A stretch of 64,000 nucleotides of DNA from Psammoneis japonica. Its lineage: Eukaryota. Positions 11,904 through 22,781 of the stretch are shown in pieces (position 1 is the stretch's first letter; each line of letters begins with the position of its first letter). Made by a program: the position numbers and the translations under genes. The notes beneath the pieces are model-generated. The model saw only the letters and a list, made by a program, of their open reading frames with translations. It searched no databases and had not been told where the DNA came from. The stretch is taken from positions 124,001 through 188,000 of the forward strand of contig QPGO01000143.1 of NCBI GenBank assembly GCA_008632985.1. Reading direction: 5' to 3'.

Positions 11904-12114
11904 CTGTAATTACAGTCGATTGTAAAGAGCTGAATGAGAAACAACGATACAACTAATAGGCTTACGAAACAAGAGAAAAGAACATTGAGAGCGAAGGCAG
12001 CGAACTGGGCTTTGGAACAAAAACGGCAAAAGGAGACACGAAAACAACGCGAACAGGATTTGGCGATTCGGGTTACACAACTCGAGTCGAAGGTAGAGTG
12101 CTTGAAGCAGTTTC

Positions 12115-13341
12115 TTGGAGGACCAACTTGGCCTGATGAGCAATCGCGAGAGTCTTGAAGAACCGTGCATTTTGCATGCTGTGAAATTTGCTCATTCGGA
12201 TTTGGAACTTGCAAAATTGACTCAATCGCATGATGATGGTGGCACGCGTACAAAGAAGTGCCCTTGTTTTGATGGAACTAATGGCATTGAAGCGCTGTTG
12301 TTCGTGGAAGATCATTTTCGTAAACTGGCTGCAAAACTTGAATTCACCACAGGCGAAGAACTGTTTGACAATTTCGAGGAAGTGTTGACAGACACCGCTG
12401 AAGACAAATGGTCCAATCTCACCATGGCGATTCCGAATGCGCAAAAGACGGTGGCTCGTTTTGACCAAGAATTGGCTCGTTTTTATTTGTCGTGTTGTGA
12501 AACTGAAGCGCGTGACACGATGATTGAATGCTTGCTCTCCCTTGAAAAACCATGTGATGTTGAAGCACAGGCACACGCGGATCGAATGGAGACACCAGTG
12601 CGACACACGAACAAGTTGCCGGGAAATAATCCAGTTGTCACTCAGAACCAAAAGAAGAAGATGATCTTCGACAGCTTCCCTTTGTCGTGGCGTGAGATGC
12701 ATGCAAGAGCAGGACGCACGATTGGAAATGATGCGTTGGCGGAAATTGTGGCGTGTGTGAGCACGGAGAAATCATTTGCAGATGGGAACAAGAAGACTTC
12801 GAAGAAGCGCAAAGACGGACAGTCGAAAGGTGGCGGCTCTGCCAAGAAGAAAGGCAATCGCATTGACCCAGAATCTCAATGTCCTTTGCATGCTCACAAT
12901 CACAAATGGAAAGATTGCGTCATGAATCCCGACTCTGACAACTGCCGTCCAAGAACTGATCGCGGAGGTCGTGGATGTGGTGGCCGTGGCGGTCGAGGTG
13001 GAGGTCGTGGTTGTGGCGGAGCGCAAGGTCGTGGTTGGCAAGGCCATGGCTGTCAAGGTCGTGGTGGTGGCCGAGGAAACTGCGGTGGTCGCGGAAACTG
13101 TGACTCTGGCAGCAATGGCGGCGAGCATCATGATGATGGTGGCTCTTGCATGCAATGTCAAAACGACACCCGAACCAATGCAGATGGCGGCGGTCATGGC
13201 AATCCGGCCAGAATGGCTCCTCCCAATGATTGGTCTGCTGAAAGCCATCATCTTGATTTGATGGGAGGGCCTCGAGAGCATCGAGGTGGAACGGGAAGTT
13301 TTCGACCTGGTGGTCGCTTCTCGGGACGCGGTCGATGCTGA
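12115..13341 (+). pseudogene. gag: Gypsy gag (RGG-rich C-terminus), hypermutated
   Basis: CPLH..H.W..C knuckle-like motif, RGG repeats; only 1 Tyr in 408 aa; GRGC repeats probably from GRGY. Confidence 0.75.
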
Positions 13342-16300
13342 CCCAATGAGCTTGAAGAGCTGTCGTCCAAGTGTGTCACTCCTGATTTTTACATGTTTGA
13401 TGATTGTGCTGATTGTGTTGATGATTGTCATGTGCACGCTGCTGATTTATTTGATGATGATGATTTCGGAAATTGTGCTGTGAATGACGAAGACGATGTG
13501 GGACTTGAGTGCACTGCACCAACCCCAAAAACAAAACCAATTGAACCATTGAATGTGGTCCCCACAACCTCATTCGCGGCGCGATTCATTCAAGACAAGG
13601 AAAGCAAACGTGTGATGCGGGCATCACTTGATTCCGGTGGAACCCATTCAATGATTCATGCTCGGGTGTTGCCGGTTGGAGCGGTTCCAGCATTGGAAGA
13701 GACAGGACCGATTTGAGCGAAGTTTAGAACAATGGCAGGAGAGTTCGAATCAACTCGTTATGTTCGATTGCAGGACTTGGTGCTCCCTGAATTTGACAAG
13801 ACCAAACATGTTGATGGCATGCGTGCGCATGTGTTTGACTCACCCTGCCAATGTGACATGATCCTTGGACAGGACTTCTTGGCGAGAGCAGGTGTCACGT
13901 TGGATTTCGAACACGGAATTGTCAAGTGGCTCGGTTCAAGCATTGCAATGAAGCCGAAGAATCAGCGGACCAGCATCCAGCAATGGCTCGATGATTTAAC
14001 TGATGAGCCAGCTGATGATGATGATGTGTGGGACAGTTGCATCCTCCATGCAAAATGTGAGGAGACGTCCCCGTCTGAAGTGGCTTCAGCTCAGAAGCAT
14101 CTTGCTGCCGAACAGCAAGAGAAATTGTGTCTTGTGTTGGAGAAACACACTGCTCTTTTTGATGGCACCCTTGGCAAGCACACTGGCAAAAAAGTTCACC
14201 TTGATGTTGATCCTAACGCCGTTCCGCACCATTCTCGAGCGTGTGCAGTGCCGCACAATGATCTCGAGACTTTTGAGCAAGAATTGGATCACTCAGTGGC
14301 TCTTGGTGTTCTTGAAGAAGCCGGAACTTCGGAATGGGCTGCAGGTGCCTTTGTTCGACCAAAGAAAGATGGACGAGTGCGGTGGCTCAGTGATTTTCGG
14401 GAACTCAACAAAGCCCTCAAGCGCAAGGTTTGTCCCTTGAAGATCATTCAAGATGTGTTACAAAAGAGAGCCGGGTGCAAATTTCTTACAAAGTTGGATC
14501 TCTCAATGATGCACCACACGTTTGAACTGGACGACAATTCCAAAGATCTGACGACAATCGTGACACCCTTTGGAAAGTGTCGACACTGCCGTCCAGCAAT
14601 GGGTTTGAAGCCGGCTCCGGACATTGCGCAATGCTTGATTGAGAAAACTGCACATGACTTGGACGTTGACGCGTGCATTGATGATCTCGCTCAATTTGAT
14701 GACAATTTTGATGTTCACCTTGCTCATCTCGACAAACTCCTGCAACATTTGGAAGAAGCTGGATTTAAAGTGAATCCTTTGAAATGTGAATGGTGTGTGC
14801 AGGAAACGGATTTCCTTGGGCATTGGCTGGCTCCGACTGGAATTCGTCCATGGAAGAAGAAAGTGGAAGCCATTCTGCGAATGCAACCTCCGGAAAATGT
14901 CAAGCAGCTTCGCTCGTTTCTTGGTGCTGTGACATGCTGTCGCAACATGTGGCCTCGGCGTTCTCACTTGTTGAAACCCTTGACAGATCTCACAGGCAAA
15001 GGCTCGTGGACGTGGACAGCAAATTGTCAGGCGGCATTCAAAGAGATGAAAGCAGCACTGGCGGCCGAGACGTTGATGGCGCATCCGAATCACAACAAAC
15101 CCTTCCACATCTGTGCCGATGCCAGTGATTGCCAAATGGGCACAGTGATTGTACAAGACGGAAAACCCATTGCATGCTGGTCTCGAAAGCTGAACGCGGC
15201 GCAACAAAACTGCTCGACAATCGAAAAAGAACTCTTGGCTGTTGTCATGTGCTTCCGCGAATTCCGAACGATGCTCCTTGGCGGCGACTTGCATGCATTC
15301 ACCGACCACAAGAACCTCACCTTTCGCACCTTGAATTCACAACGTGCACTCCGTTGGTGCCTCTTTCTGGAAGACTTTGCCCCTCAATTCCATCACATCG
15401 AAGGCCGCTTGAATTTCTTGGCTGATTGTTTTTCTCGTTTGCCTCGCACGGATCCTCCCTCTGAAGGGAAGAGCTTGGCTCCGGGCAAAAGAACTGTTGC
15501 TGATTTTGCTCCGCTCGATTCGAAGTTGGTGCCGAGTGAGGAACCATCCGAAGTCGAGGATTTCCACGATGAGGACTTGGAGCTCGGCGCATGCCGATTC
15601 AAGTGTTGTCGCAACATTGAAAATGAAGGCCACTCACACTTCTTCTCTTTCTTTGTTGATGAGCCGGAACTGTTCAATTCCTTTTTGAATCACCCTGCAA
15701 TGCAGGAGATGCAAAATCCAATGACGTTACAACGGATTCAAGAGCACCAGTTCGAGGACCAACAATTGAACCAGATGCGCATTGCTCACCCTGATTGTTT
15801 CCTCGTGGAACATGTGAACAATCGACTGCTTGTGTGTTGTCGCACGCGATTGAATGATCCTCCAGGACAGTGGAAAATCTGTTTGCCAACTGCGCTTGTG
15901 CCCGACATCTTACGGTGGTGTCATCTCGTCCTTGGCCATGCCGGAAGCCAGCGCATGCGTGAAACAATCCAGGCTCATTGTTGTCACCCTGGGTTGCGTC
16001 GCATGTGTGATGAACATTCTTGTGCTGATTGCCAACGTAACAAAACTTTGGGTCCTGGCTGTGGAGAGCTGCCCGAACGAGAAGCTCCATTGACCCCCTG
16101 GTCGGAAGTGGCGGTTGACCTCATTGGCCCATGGAAAATCAAAGCACCGAATGGAGAGATTGAGTTTCGCGCGTTGACCTGCATTGATCCTGTCTCTAAT
16201 CTTGTTGAACTGGTGAGAATTGAGAATAAAACTGCTCGACATGTTGCCAACCAATTCGAAAACTGCTGGCTTGCACGCCACCCCAGACCGAATCGATGCA

Positions 16301-16884
16301 TCCACGACAACGGCGGCGAGTTCACCGGGTGTGAGTTTCAGATGCCATTGCAACGAGCCGGAATTGATGATGTGCCGACTGCTTCATACAACCCTCAAGC
16401 CAACGCCATTTGTGAACGAATGCACCAGACTGTCGGCAATGCACCACGCACGCTCATTGCTTCTGATCCACCTCAAAACCTTCAGGATGCAGCCAGCCTC
16501 GTGGACGATGCTTTGGCAACTGCAACGCATGCAACCCATTGTGCTGTTTCCCGTTCCTTGCAGATTTCACCAGGTGCTGTGGTGTTCGGACGTGACATGA
16601 TCTTGGATGTCCCAGTGCTGGCGGATTTGTTGACGATTCAAGGCCATCGCCAGACGCTGATCAACAACAACTTGCGACGAGCCAATGCCAAGAGAAGATC
16701 CTGCGATTGTCAAGTGGGCAATCAAGTTCTAATCAAGCACATTGAGCCATCCAGACTCGAGCCTCGTGCTCATGGTCCTCATCCCATTGTTCAAGTGCAT
16801 GTGAATGGCACACTCTCGGTTCGTCGAGCTCCTCATGTGGTTGAGCGCCTCAACACTCGGCGCCTGATTCCTTTTCGTGGTTGA
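13342..16884 (+). pseudogene. pol: Gypsy pol (protease, RT, RNase H, integrase), one internal TGA at 13714-13716
   Basis: LDSG protease (13627-13638), RT DFRELNK and CIDD for YxDD (14674-14685), RNase H DAS...EKELLAVV...TDHKNL, integrase H..GH...C..C, VDLIGP, DNGGEF, ERMH. Confidence 0.92.
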
Positions 16885-16995
16885 TCAGGGGGTTTTCTTC
16901 CCAACACCTGGGTTTCCTCCTGTCATTGTCTTTGCTTTTGGTTTTGGTCCTTGGTTTTTGGCCCTTTGCATGATCCTCTAGTTCTTTCGGATCAT

Positions 16996-17007
16996 GGAAG
17001 GGAAGAG
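16996..17007 (+). promoter_or_regulatory. Polypurine tract
   Basis: GGAAGGGAAGAG immediately upstream of the 3' LTR. Confidence 0.9.
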
Positions 17008-17172
17008 TGCAGCAGCTCACTCGCACGCTTCTGATGTGTGGCATTGATTTTGGATGTTAGATTAACGCAGCCGTTTGAGAGAGGCTCGCCAGCGTTCGCT
17101 AACGCTTAGGCTCCCCTCTCTTCGGTCTACTCACTTCTTAGTTTTGACATCAGTTTTCAGCTTGAGCTTGCA
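17008..17172 (+). repeat. 3' LTR
   Basis: Direct repeat of 11739-11903, followed by TSD CACTT. Confidence 0.95.
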
Positions 17173-17177
17173 CACTT

Positions 17178-17385
17178 TGGGGGAAGTCTCCAGCCAGCTG
17201 CTGGCTGAAGAATCTTATGTAGAATTTGTACTGAAAGAGTCTGTCAATCTGTGCGTTAGGGGGTTTTGGTGCACGCTGGACAGACTCGCCGTCTTTTGCG
17301 TACATAATAATTGTACTGGCAAAACCCCCAAACGCACTGACGAGCAGACTTTCTTCAGCCAGCAGCTGGCTGGAGACGTCCCCCA
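17178..17385. mobile_element. MITE, ~35-bp TIR (TGGGGGA.GTCTCCAGCCAGCTGCTGGCTGAAGAA), 4-bp TSD ACTT
   Basis: TIRs at 17178-17212 and 17351-17385 with 1 mismatch; ACTT at 17174-17177 and 17386-17389; second copy at 57281-61443. Confidence 0.9.
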
Positions 17386-18171
17386 ACTTTTTATCGCTCA
17401 CGTTTGGGTTTTTTAGGTCGTCTTGCACAATGACAGCGCAATTCGCTTGTTGTTCCAACGCTAGCACGATATTTTGAAAAACATATTGAACAAGGGAGAG
17501 ACAAAAACACAACATGTTTCAAAGAAAATCATGCTAGAGTTTGGTCCTCACATCAGTCGCATAATTTTTGCGTTGTCACTCACGTTGACACCACAAACCA
17601 AAAAGAAGATCCTTGTGCATTACAGTAGCAAGCAAGTGCTGTTCCTTTTCTCAAGTCAAGAGCGTTTTCTGAATCTCTTGCAATAAACTTGCAAAGTAAT
17701 TTGGTTTAATGTCGAGTGACTAAAAAGAGGCAAATATCCTTATTGACTGCTTTTTTTGCCACTTTTTGCTCAAAAAAGGCGCACCGGTATAGCTATTTGT
17801 CCACAGACCAGACTTCTACCCACTCCCATCTCTCTCAAACTCACTACAAAGAGCACTGCAAAGGAAAAACGGCAATTATCGCCTTTGATTCCAAGGCAAA
17901 TGCTAATCAAAATAATGCTCGCATTCTACTTTATAGAGCTGCAGCTGTGCTCACTCGGTAGCACCCACACTCTCTAGCAGAGGGGATAGCCTGACAACGG
18001 AACCGCGCTGCATGCATTGATTACGGATTGCATGCACATGAATATAACTAGCGAGTCTCCTCCTCCTACTAATGCTCCTAGCTAAGATCATAAGTAACGT
18101 ACACTAGTAGTGAGGACAACAATCATCATGTTCCTTTCATAAAAAGAATTTTCTTTACTACTACTAAACTT

Positions 18172-18768
18172 TTAATCCTTTTTCTTTCTGTTTTCGACGG
18201 CAACACGGAATCCCGCCACCCTTGTTTCCTGCCTTGCCTCACGCATGGTGGTAAACGCCTTGAATCCCTTGAGTTCATCCGTCACGGTTTCCATGACGAT
18301 TTCACCAGACGGCTTGGGAATGGGCATGACGGTACCGACCAATTGGTCGGGCGATTCACTAGGCTTGTCCTTGCCCCACACGACGAGTTTGCTCTTGTAT
18401 TCCTTCAATCGCGCCACGTTGGTATTCAAGGATTCCATGGACCGATTGCTTCGACGATGATCAACGGCAATGCCGACCGTCTGCGCATAACCGGCCGAGA
18501 GACCGGCCGCCTTGAGTTCGGCCAGCGTAAAGCCACGTCCCAAACGAACCTTGGCACTGTACCGTTGAGTTTGCGAATGGACAATGGGACGGAGCTTTTG
18601 AACCGGACGGGGTGCCACGGCGGCAGCCTTGGCGGCACGGGCCAAACGACGTGATTTCTTCTTGGTGGCTTGATTTAGGGCAAGCTTGACTTTTAGAGGA
18701 CCACGAGACGACTGCAAATACTTTTTGTGGCAATGGATATTGGGAATGACATTGTTGTGCTTGACCAT
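18172..18768 (-). CDS. RPL13: 60S ribosomal protein L13 (eL13)
   Basis: MVKHNNVIPN.H..K, LRPIVH..T.RY..KVRLGRGFTL.ELK, GIAVDHRR.N.S.ESL..NV.RLK.YKSKL. Confidence 0.96.
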   Translation of the reverse strand: MVKHNNVIPNIHCHKKYLQSSRGPLKVKLALNQATKKKSRRLARAAKAAAVAPRPVQKLRPIVHSQTQRYSAKVRLGRGFTLAELKAAGLSAGYAQTVGIAVDHRRSNRSMESLNTNVARLKEYKSKLVVWGKDKPSESPDQLVGTVMPIPKPSGEIVMETVTDELKGFKAFTTMREARQETRVAGFRVAVENRKKKD

Positions 18769-19340
18769 GGTGGAAACTGAAAAAAAATGAGATGTAGTAG
18801 AGAGATGGAGGTGTGAGATAGTTGCAAGATAAGCATCAAAACATACTGAACAAACAGCAGATGGATTCGTCCGACTACATCACAGGGCCATGGTATTCAC
18901 TATCCGTCGCATCGTTTCATGTCATGTTGATCGACACTGCTGCTCTTTCTCGTTGCTGCTCTTTACAATCATCTTTACAATAATAATTCTCATGCAATCC
19001 ACGACAAAACAACCACCGCAACGAAGCGGCGGCGGCTCTTGCATCATCGTACCTGTTGCGTTGTTGTTGTCTCCAACACACTGTGCGACATGTGCGGTCC
19101 TCCGTAGGTTGTGGTAACAAGTCTACGTTGATTTGTGGAAGTAAGCGGTATCCGGTTGAATGCTGATTGATTGGACTCAAATGAAAAATAAAATTATTCA
19201 GTCGTTAATAATAATTATGCATTGGATTTGTCTGTTTGGCTTCTTCTCATTCAAGTGGTTCCCGTTCCATTCAACTTTTCGTGGCATGGATCGTCTGCTT
19301 GAAGTAGCCTCACTTTTTTTTTGTCTCTTCTCTCAGAACC

Positions 19341-20309
19341 ATGACGACGCCAACACCGACTCCGGACGTTGCGTCCATGTCGGCGGCTCGTGTCGCTTCC
19401 AAAACGGCACCACCTACCAAACATCGTGATGGATTTTCATTGATATCCACAGATCCCATTGTATATGACGATCATCTGGAAGGATCATCATTTGTCGACA
19501 TTACCTATCACGTATCAACACAAGATGCATGTGCAAAAATTGCCTTGAATCGTCCTCACGTGTTGCATGCGTTTCGTCCTAGAACCATTCAAGAGATACA
19601 ATACGCATTGGAATTGGCACGAGAGGATATACGTGTCAATGTTATTTTGTTGACAAGCAACATTTCTCCACAATACACACCCGCCTTTTGTGCCGGTGGT
19701 GATCAAACGGTGCGTAGCAACGACGGTGGTGGTTATACGGATGAAACCGAAGTACAACCCAAATTGCGTGTTTTGGATTTACAAATTCAAATGAGACGGT
19801 GTCCAAAACCAATCATTGCCGTGGTACGGGGTTATGCCATTGGTGGTGGACACATTTTGCACATGGTGGCCGATTTAACACTGTGCAGCACAAACGCCAT
19901 TTTTGGACAAACGGGTCCTCGCATGGGGAGTTTTGATGCCGGATATGGCTCGACGCACATGGCACGACTTGTCGGACAAAAGAGGGCAAGAGAATTTTGG
20001 TTCTTGTGTAAATTTTACAATGCCCAAGAAGCGCTCGATATGGGACTTGTCAATGGCGTCTTTGAACAAGACGAGTTGGACGGAGAAGTGGCACGGTGGG
20101 TACGACGTATCAACATGAATTCACCCACGGCCGTGGCGTGTTGCAAGGCAGCGCTCAATGCCGATGAAGATGGAAGTGCCGGTATTCAAGAGCTCGGTGG
20201 ACACTTGACGAGACTCTTTTACATGTCTCAGGAAGGTCAAGAGGGACGTAATGCCTTTTTGGAACGACGAGCTCCGCAATTTCGAAAATTTCCGTCCAGT
20301 AAATTGTAA
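19341..20309 (+). CDS. menB: 1,4-dihydroxy-2-naphthoyl-CoA synthase (naphthoate synthase), peroxisomal
   Basis: [62 protein letters not shown]-terminal SKL. Confidence 0.95.
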   Translation: MTTPTPTPDVASMSAARVASKTAPPTKHRDGFSLISTDPIVYDDHLEGSSFVDITYHVSTQDACAKIALNRPHVLHAFRPRTIQEIQYALELAREDIRVNVILLTSNISPQYTPAFCAGGDQTVRSNDGGGYTDETEVQPKLRVLDLQIQMRRCPKPIIAVVRGYAIGGGHILHMVADLTLCSTNAIFGQTGPRMGSFDAGYGSTHMARLVGQKRAREFWFLCKFYNAQEALDMGLVNGVFEQDELDGEVARWVRRINMNSPTAVACCKAALNADEDGSAGIQELGGHLTRLFYMSQEGQEGRNAFLERRAPQFRKFPSSKL

Positions 20310-21401
20310 ACAAGAGAAAAAGAATTGGGGTCTTGGAGTTGATGGTTCTAGTTGAATAATGCTGGATGTGTTTTATATGGTTGTAAATGGACACCGCGGC
20401 TCTATGAAATGTTAGTATTCCGATATGGCAAGACTCCACAACACCAAAGGTTTTTAGAGCGCTTGAATACGATTGCTTAGTCGTTCTTGGAGACGGTACT
20501 AGACTACTACCTTGACTTGGTCACCGAAATGTACGGTTGGACGCAGTCTTGAGAAAAAAAAACTAGAAAAATTGTACATGTACTTGCCGGTCGATTTAGG
20601 CTTGACAGCGACATTGCAGGACTTTACAGCACATGATGAGGTGTTCTAAGTACTATAGTGGGTTATGTCGTTTCGTGGATTCTGCTTTATCCTACCCTTC
20701 TCTTGGTCGTCATACTAAAGAATGTTTGACGGAGTTTAAAAATGGCTACAGACACTATAGTCTGGCAGTTGTAGATGGTTTGTATGGTGGTGTGCCTGTT
20801 TAGAGCCTTTGTAAAACTATAGCTCCTGACGAGACTAGGACTCGAGTGTGTATAAACCACCGTGTCACGATCCTTCTAGCTAGAGTGGGACTTCTTGACT
20901 TGGTCATGTCTAGGAGAGTTTGACGCAATCTTCAAAGCTAGAGACAACAGGATTCGTAATATTTAAAATAATTTACAAGGACGCTTTCTCTCCCTCTCTA
21001 ATGTTAACCAGTAGGCCTAGCTCTACTCTAGAGCTACACTCTACTCCTAGTAGCTAGTAGAGTAGAGATGGATTCAAAGACGAAGGCTGGTCGTGAACAG
21101 GACTCGCATTTTCAAAATGATTGGTTGAAAAGGATTCCGTGCGTTTTTTGGCGTGGTTCCCGTTCGTACGTCGCATGCAGGATGAATGACCACGTGTGTA
21201 CGTGCATCGTCGTACAAAAATCTACGTGTTGCAATGGTACACGTCGGAAAAATCAGCGCGAAAATTTGCAACCACGAAAAGATTCTACGTAGGATCGTAC
21301 CAAGATTCTACGGAAGAGCCCAACACGGGTCTGACGTATGTTGCAAAATCTGCAACACAGAACAAAAGCCTTCACATTTTTCTTTCTCGGTCTTGTTCAC
21401 C

Positions 21402-22781
21402 ATGAAGCTTGCTATTGCCGCCCTCTGTATTGCGCCCGCTGTGGCATTCGCTCCTTCCAATGCCTTTGCTCCCCGCCGCACTGCTCTTCAGATGAGCACC
21501 GAGACTGAAGCCGAGACCAAGGTACGGAAACGCTTGAATGAGCGATTCGCAGAAAGATGCGAGAAAAGCTGGGGTTTTCGATGTTCTGCGAAAGAACGAA
21601 TCTGCGCCACAGGATGGAGTCGTTTATTATTTGCAAAATGATTATCTCACAAATACTGTGCTTTTATTGTTATCCTAATTTTCATATTCTAGGCTTTTGC
21701 CAAGCTTCCCGCTTCTGTCAAGCCTGGTGTCGTTACTGGAAAGGCCCTCAATGATCTCCTCGACCACGCCAAGGATGTCGGTTTCGCCATGCCCGGAGTT
21801 AACATTGTTGGTTCCAACTCGATCAATGCCTGTATGGAGGCTGCTGCCAAGTACGGTGGTCCCATCATGGTCACTTTCTCCAAGGGTGGTGGACAGTACA
21901 TTGCCGGAAAGGCCGCCGACAACACGGACGATGCCGCCTCGATTGCTGGATGCATTGCCGGAGCCAAGCACGTGCGTGAGGTTGCCAAGCTTTACAATGT
22001 GCCTGTAATTCTCCACACTGACCATTGCCAGAAGGCTTGGCTTCCTTGGTTCGAGGGACTTCTTGAGGCCAACGAGGAGTACTACGAGCAGAACGGTGAG
22101 CCCCTCTTCTCTTCCCACATGCTTGACCTTTCCGAGGAACCCCTCGAAGAGAACATTGCCATCTGCAAGAAGTACATGGAGCGCATGGCCAAGATCGATT
22201 TGTTGCTTGAATTCGAGCTCGGTATCACCGGAGGTGAGGAGGATGGTGTTGATAACACCGATGTTGACTCTTCTCGTCTTTACACCCAGCCCGAGGAGGT
22301 CTGGTACGCCTACGAGCAGCTTTCGGAGATCCCCAACGCTGCCTTCACATGCGCTGCTTCTTTCGGAAATGTCCATGGTGTTTACGCCCCTGGAAATGTT
22401 GAGCTCAAGCCCGTCATCCTCCACAACTCCCAGAAGTACATCCAGGAGAAGCTCGGAAGTGAGGACGCCAAGCCAATGAAGTTTGTGTTCCACGGTGGAT
22501 CGGGATCTTCCACTGAAGACATCCAATACGCCATTGAGGCCGGTGTGATCAAGATGAACATTGACACTGACACCCAGTGGGCCTTCTGGGATGGAATCCG
22601 TGAGTACGAAGCCAAGTACCACGACTACCTCCAGGGACAGATTGGAAACCCCGAGGGAGAAGAGGTCCCCAACAAGAAATACTACGATCCTCGCATGCCC
22701 CTCCGCGCTGGTGAAGAGTCCATGGCCGCCCGCTTGTGCAAAGCTGCCGAGGACTTGAACTGCGTCGATGTCCTCAACTAA
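21402..22781 (+). CDS. FBA: Plastid-targeted class II fructose-1,6-bisphosphate aldolase; 2 exons (21402-21521, 21693-22781)
   Basis: MKLAIAALCIAPAVA-FAP presequence; HTDHC, SSHMLDLSEE, ELGITGGEEDGVDN, FGNVHGVY, FVFHGGSGS, KMNIDTDTQ; GT-AG intron restores frame. Confidence 0.95.

Larger units (their letters stand above)
11739..17172 (+). mobile_element. Full-length Ty3/Gypsy LTR retrotransposon, inactivated by TpA hypermutation
   Basis: 165-bp LTRs with TG...CA ends, 5-bp TSD CACTT (11734-11738 and 17173-17177), PPT, gag, then PR-RT-RH-IN domain order. Confidence 0.95.

Noticed and set aside
13732..16884. Diversity-generating retroelement or RNA editing before reverse transcription
   Set aside because: The RT is Gypsy-type with no TR/VR pair; changes are transitions at TA on both strands, differ between LTRs, and also affect DNA transposons.
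12115..16884. Alternative genetic code (Cys/His codons read as Tyr)
   Set aside because: Neighbouring conserved genes use standard Tyr codons, and TA is also lost across codon boundaries and in non-coding DNA.
11739..17172. Classical RIP or simple CpG decay as the explanation
   Set aside because: RIP creates TA rather than removing it; CG is retained in this element; conserved Tyr/Leu/Val codons show TA as ancestral.
20500..21065. CTAG-rich intergenic DNA with a short direct repeat (CTTGACTTGGTCA at ~20511 and ~20894)
   Set aside because: No TIR/TSD or clear structure; too weak to call.
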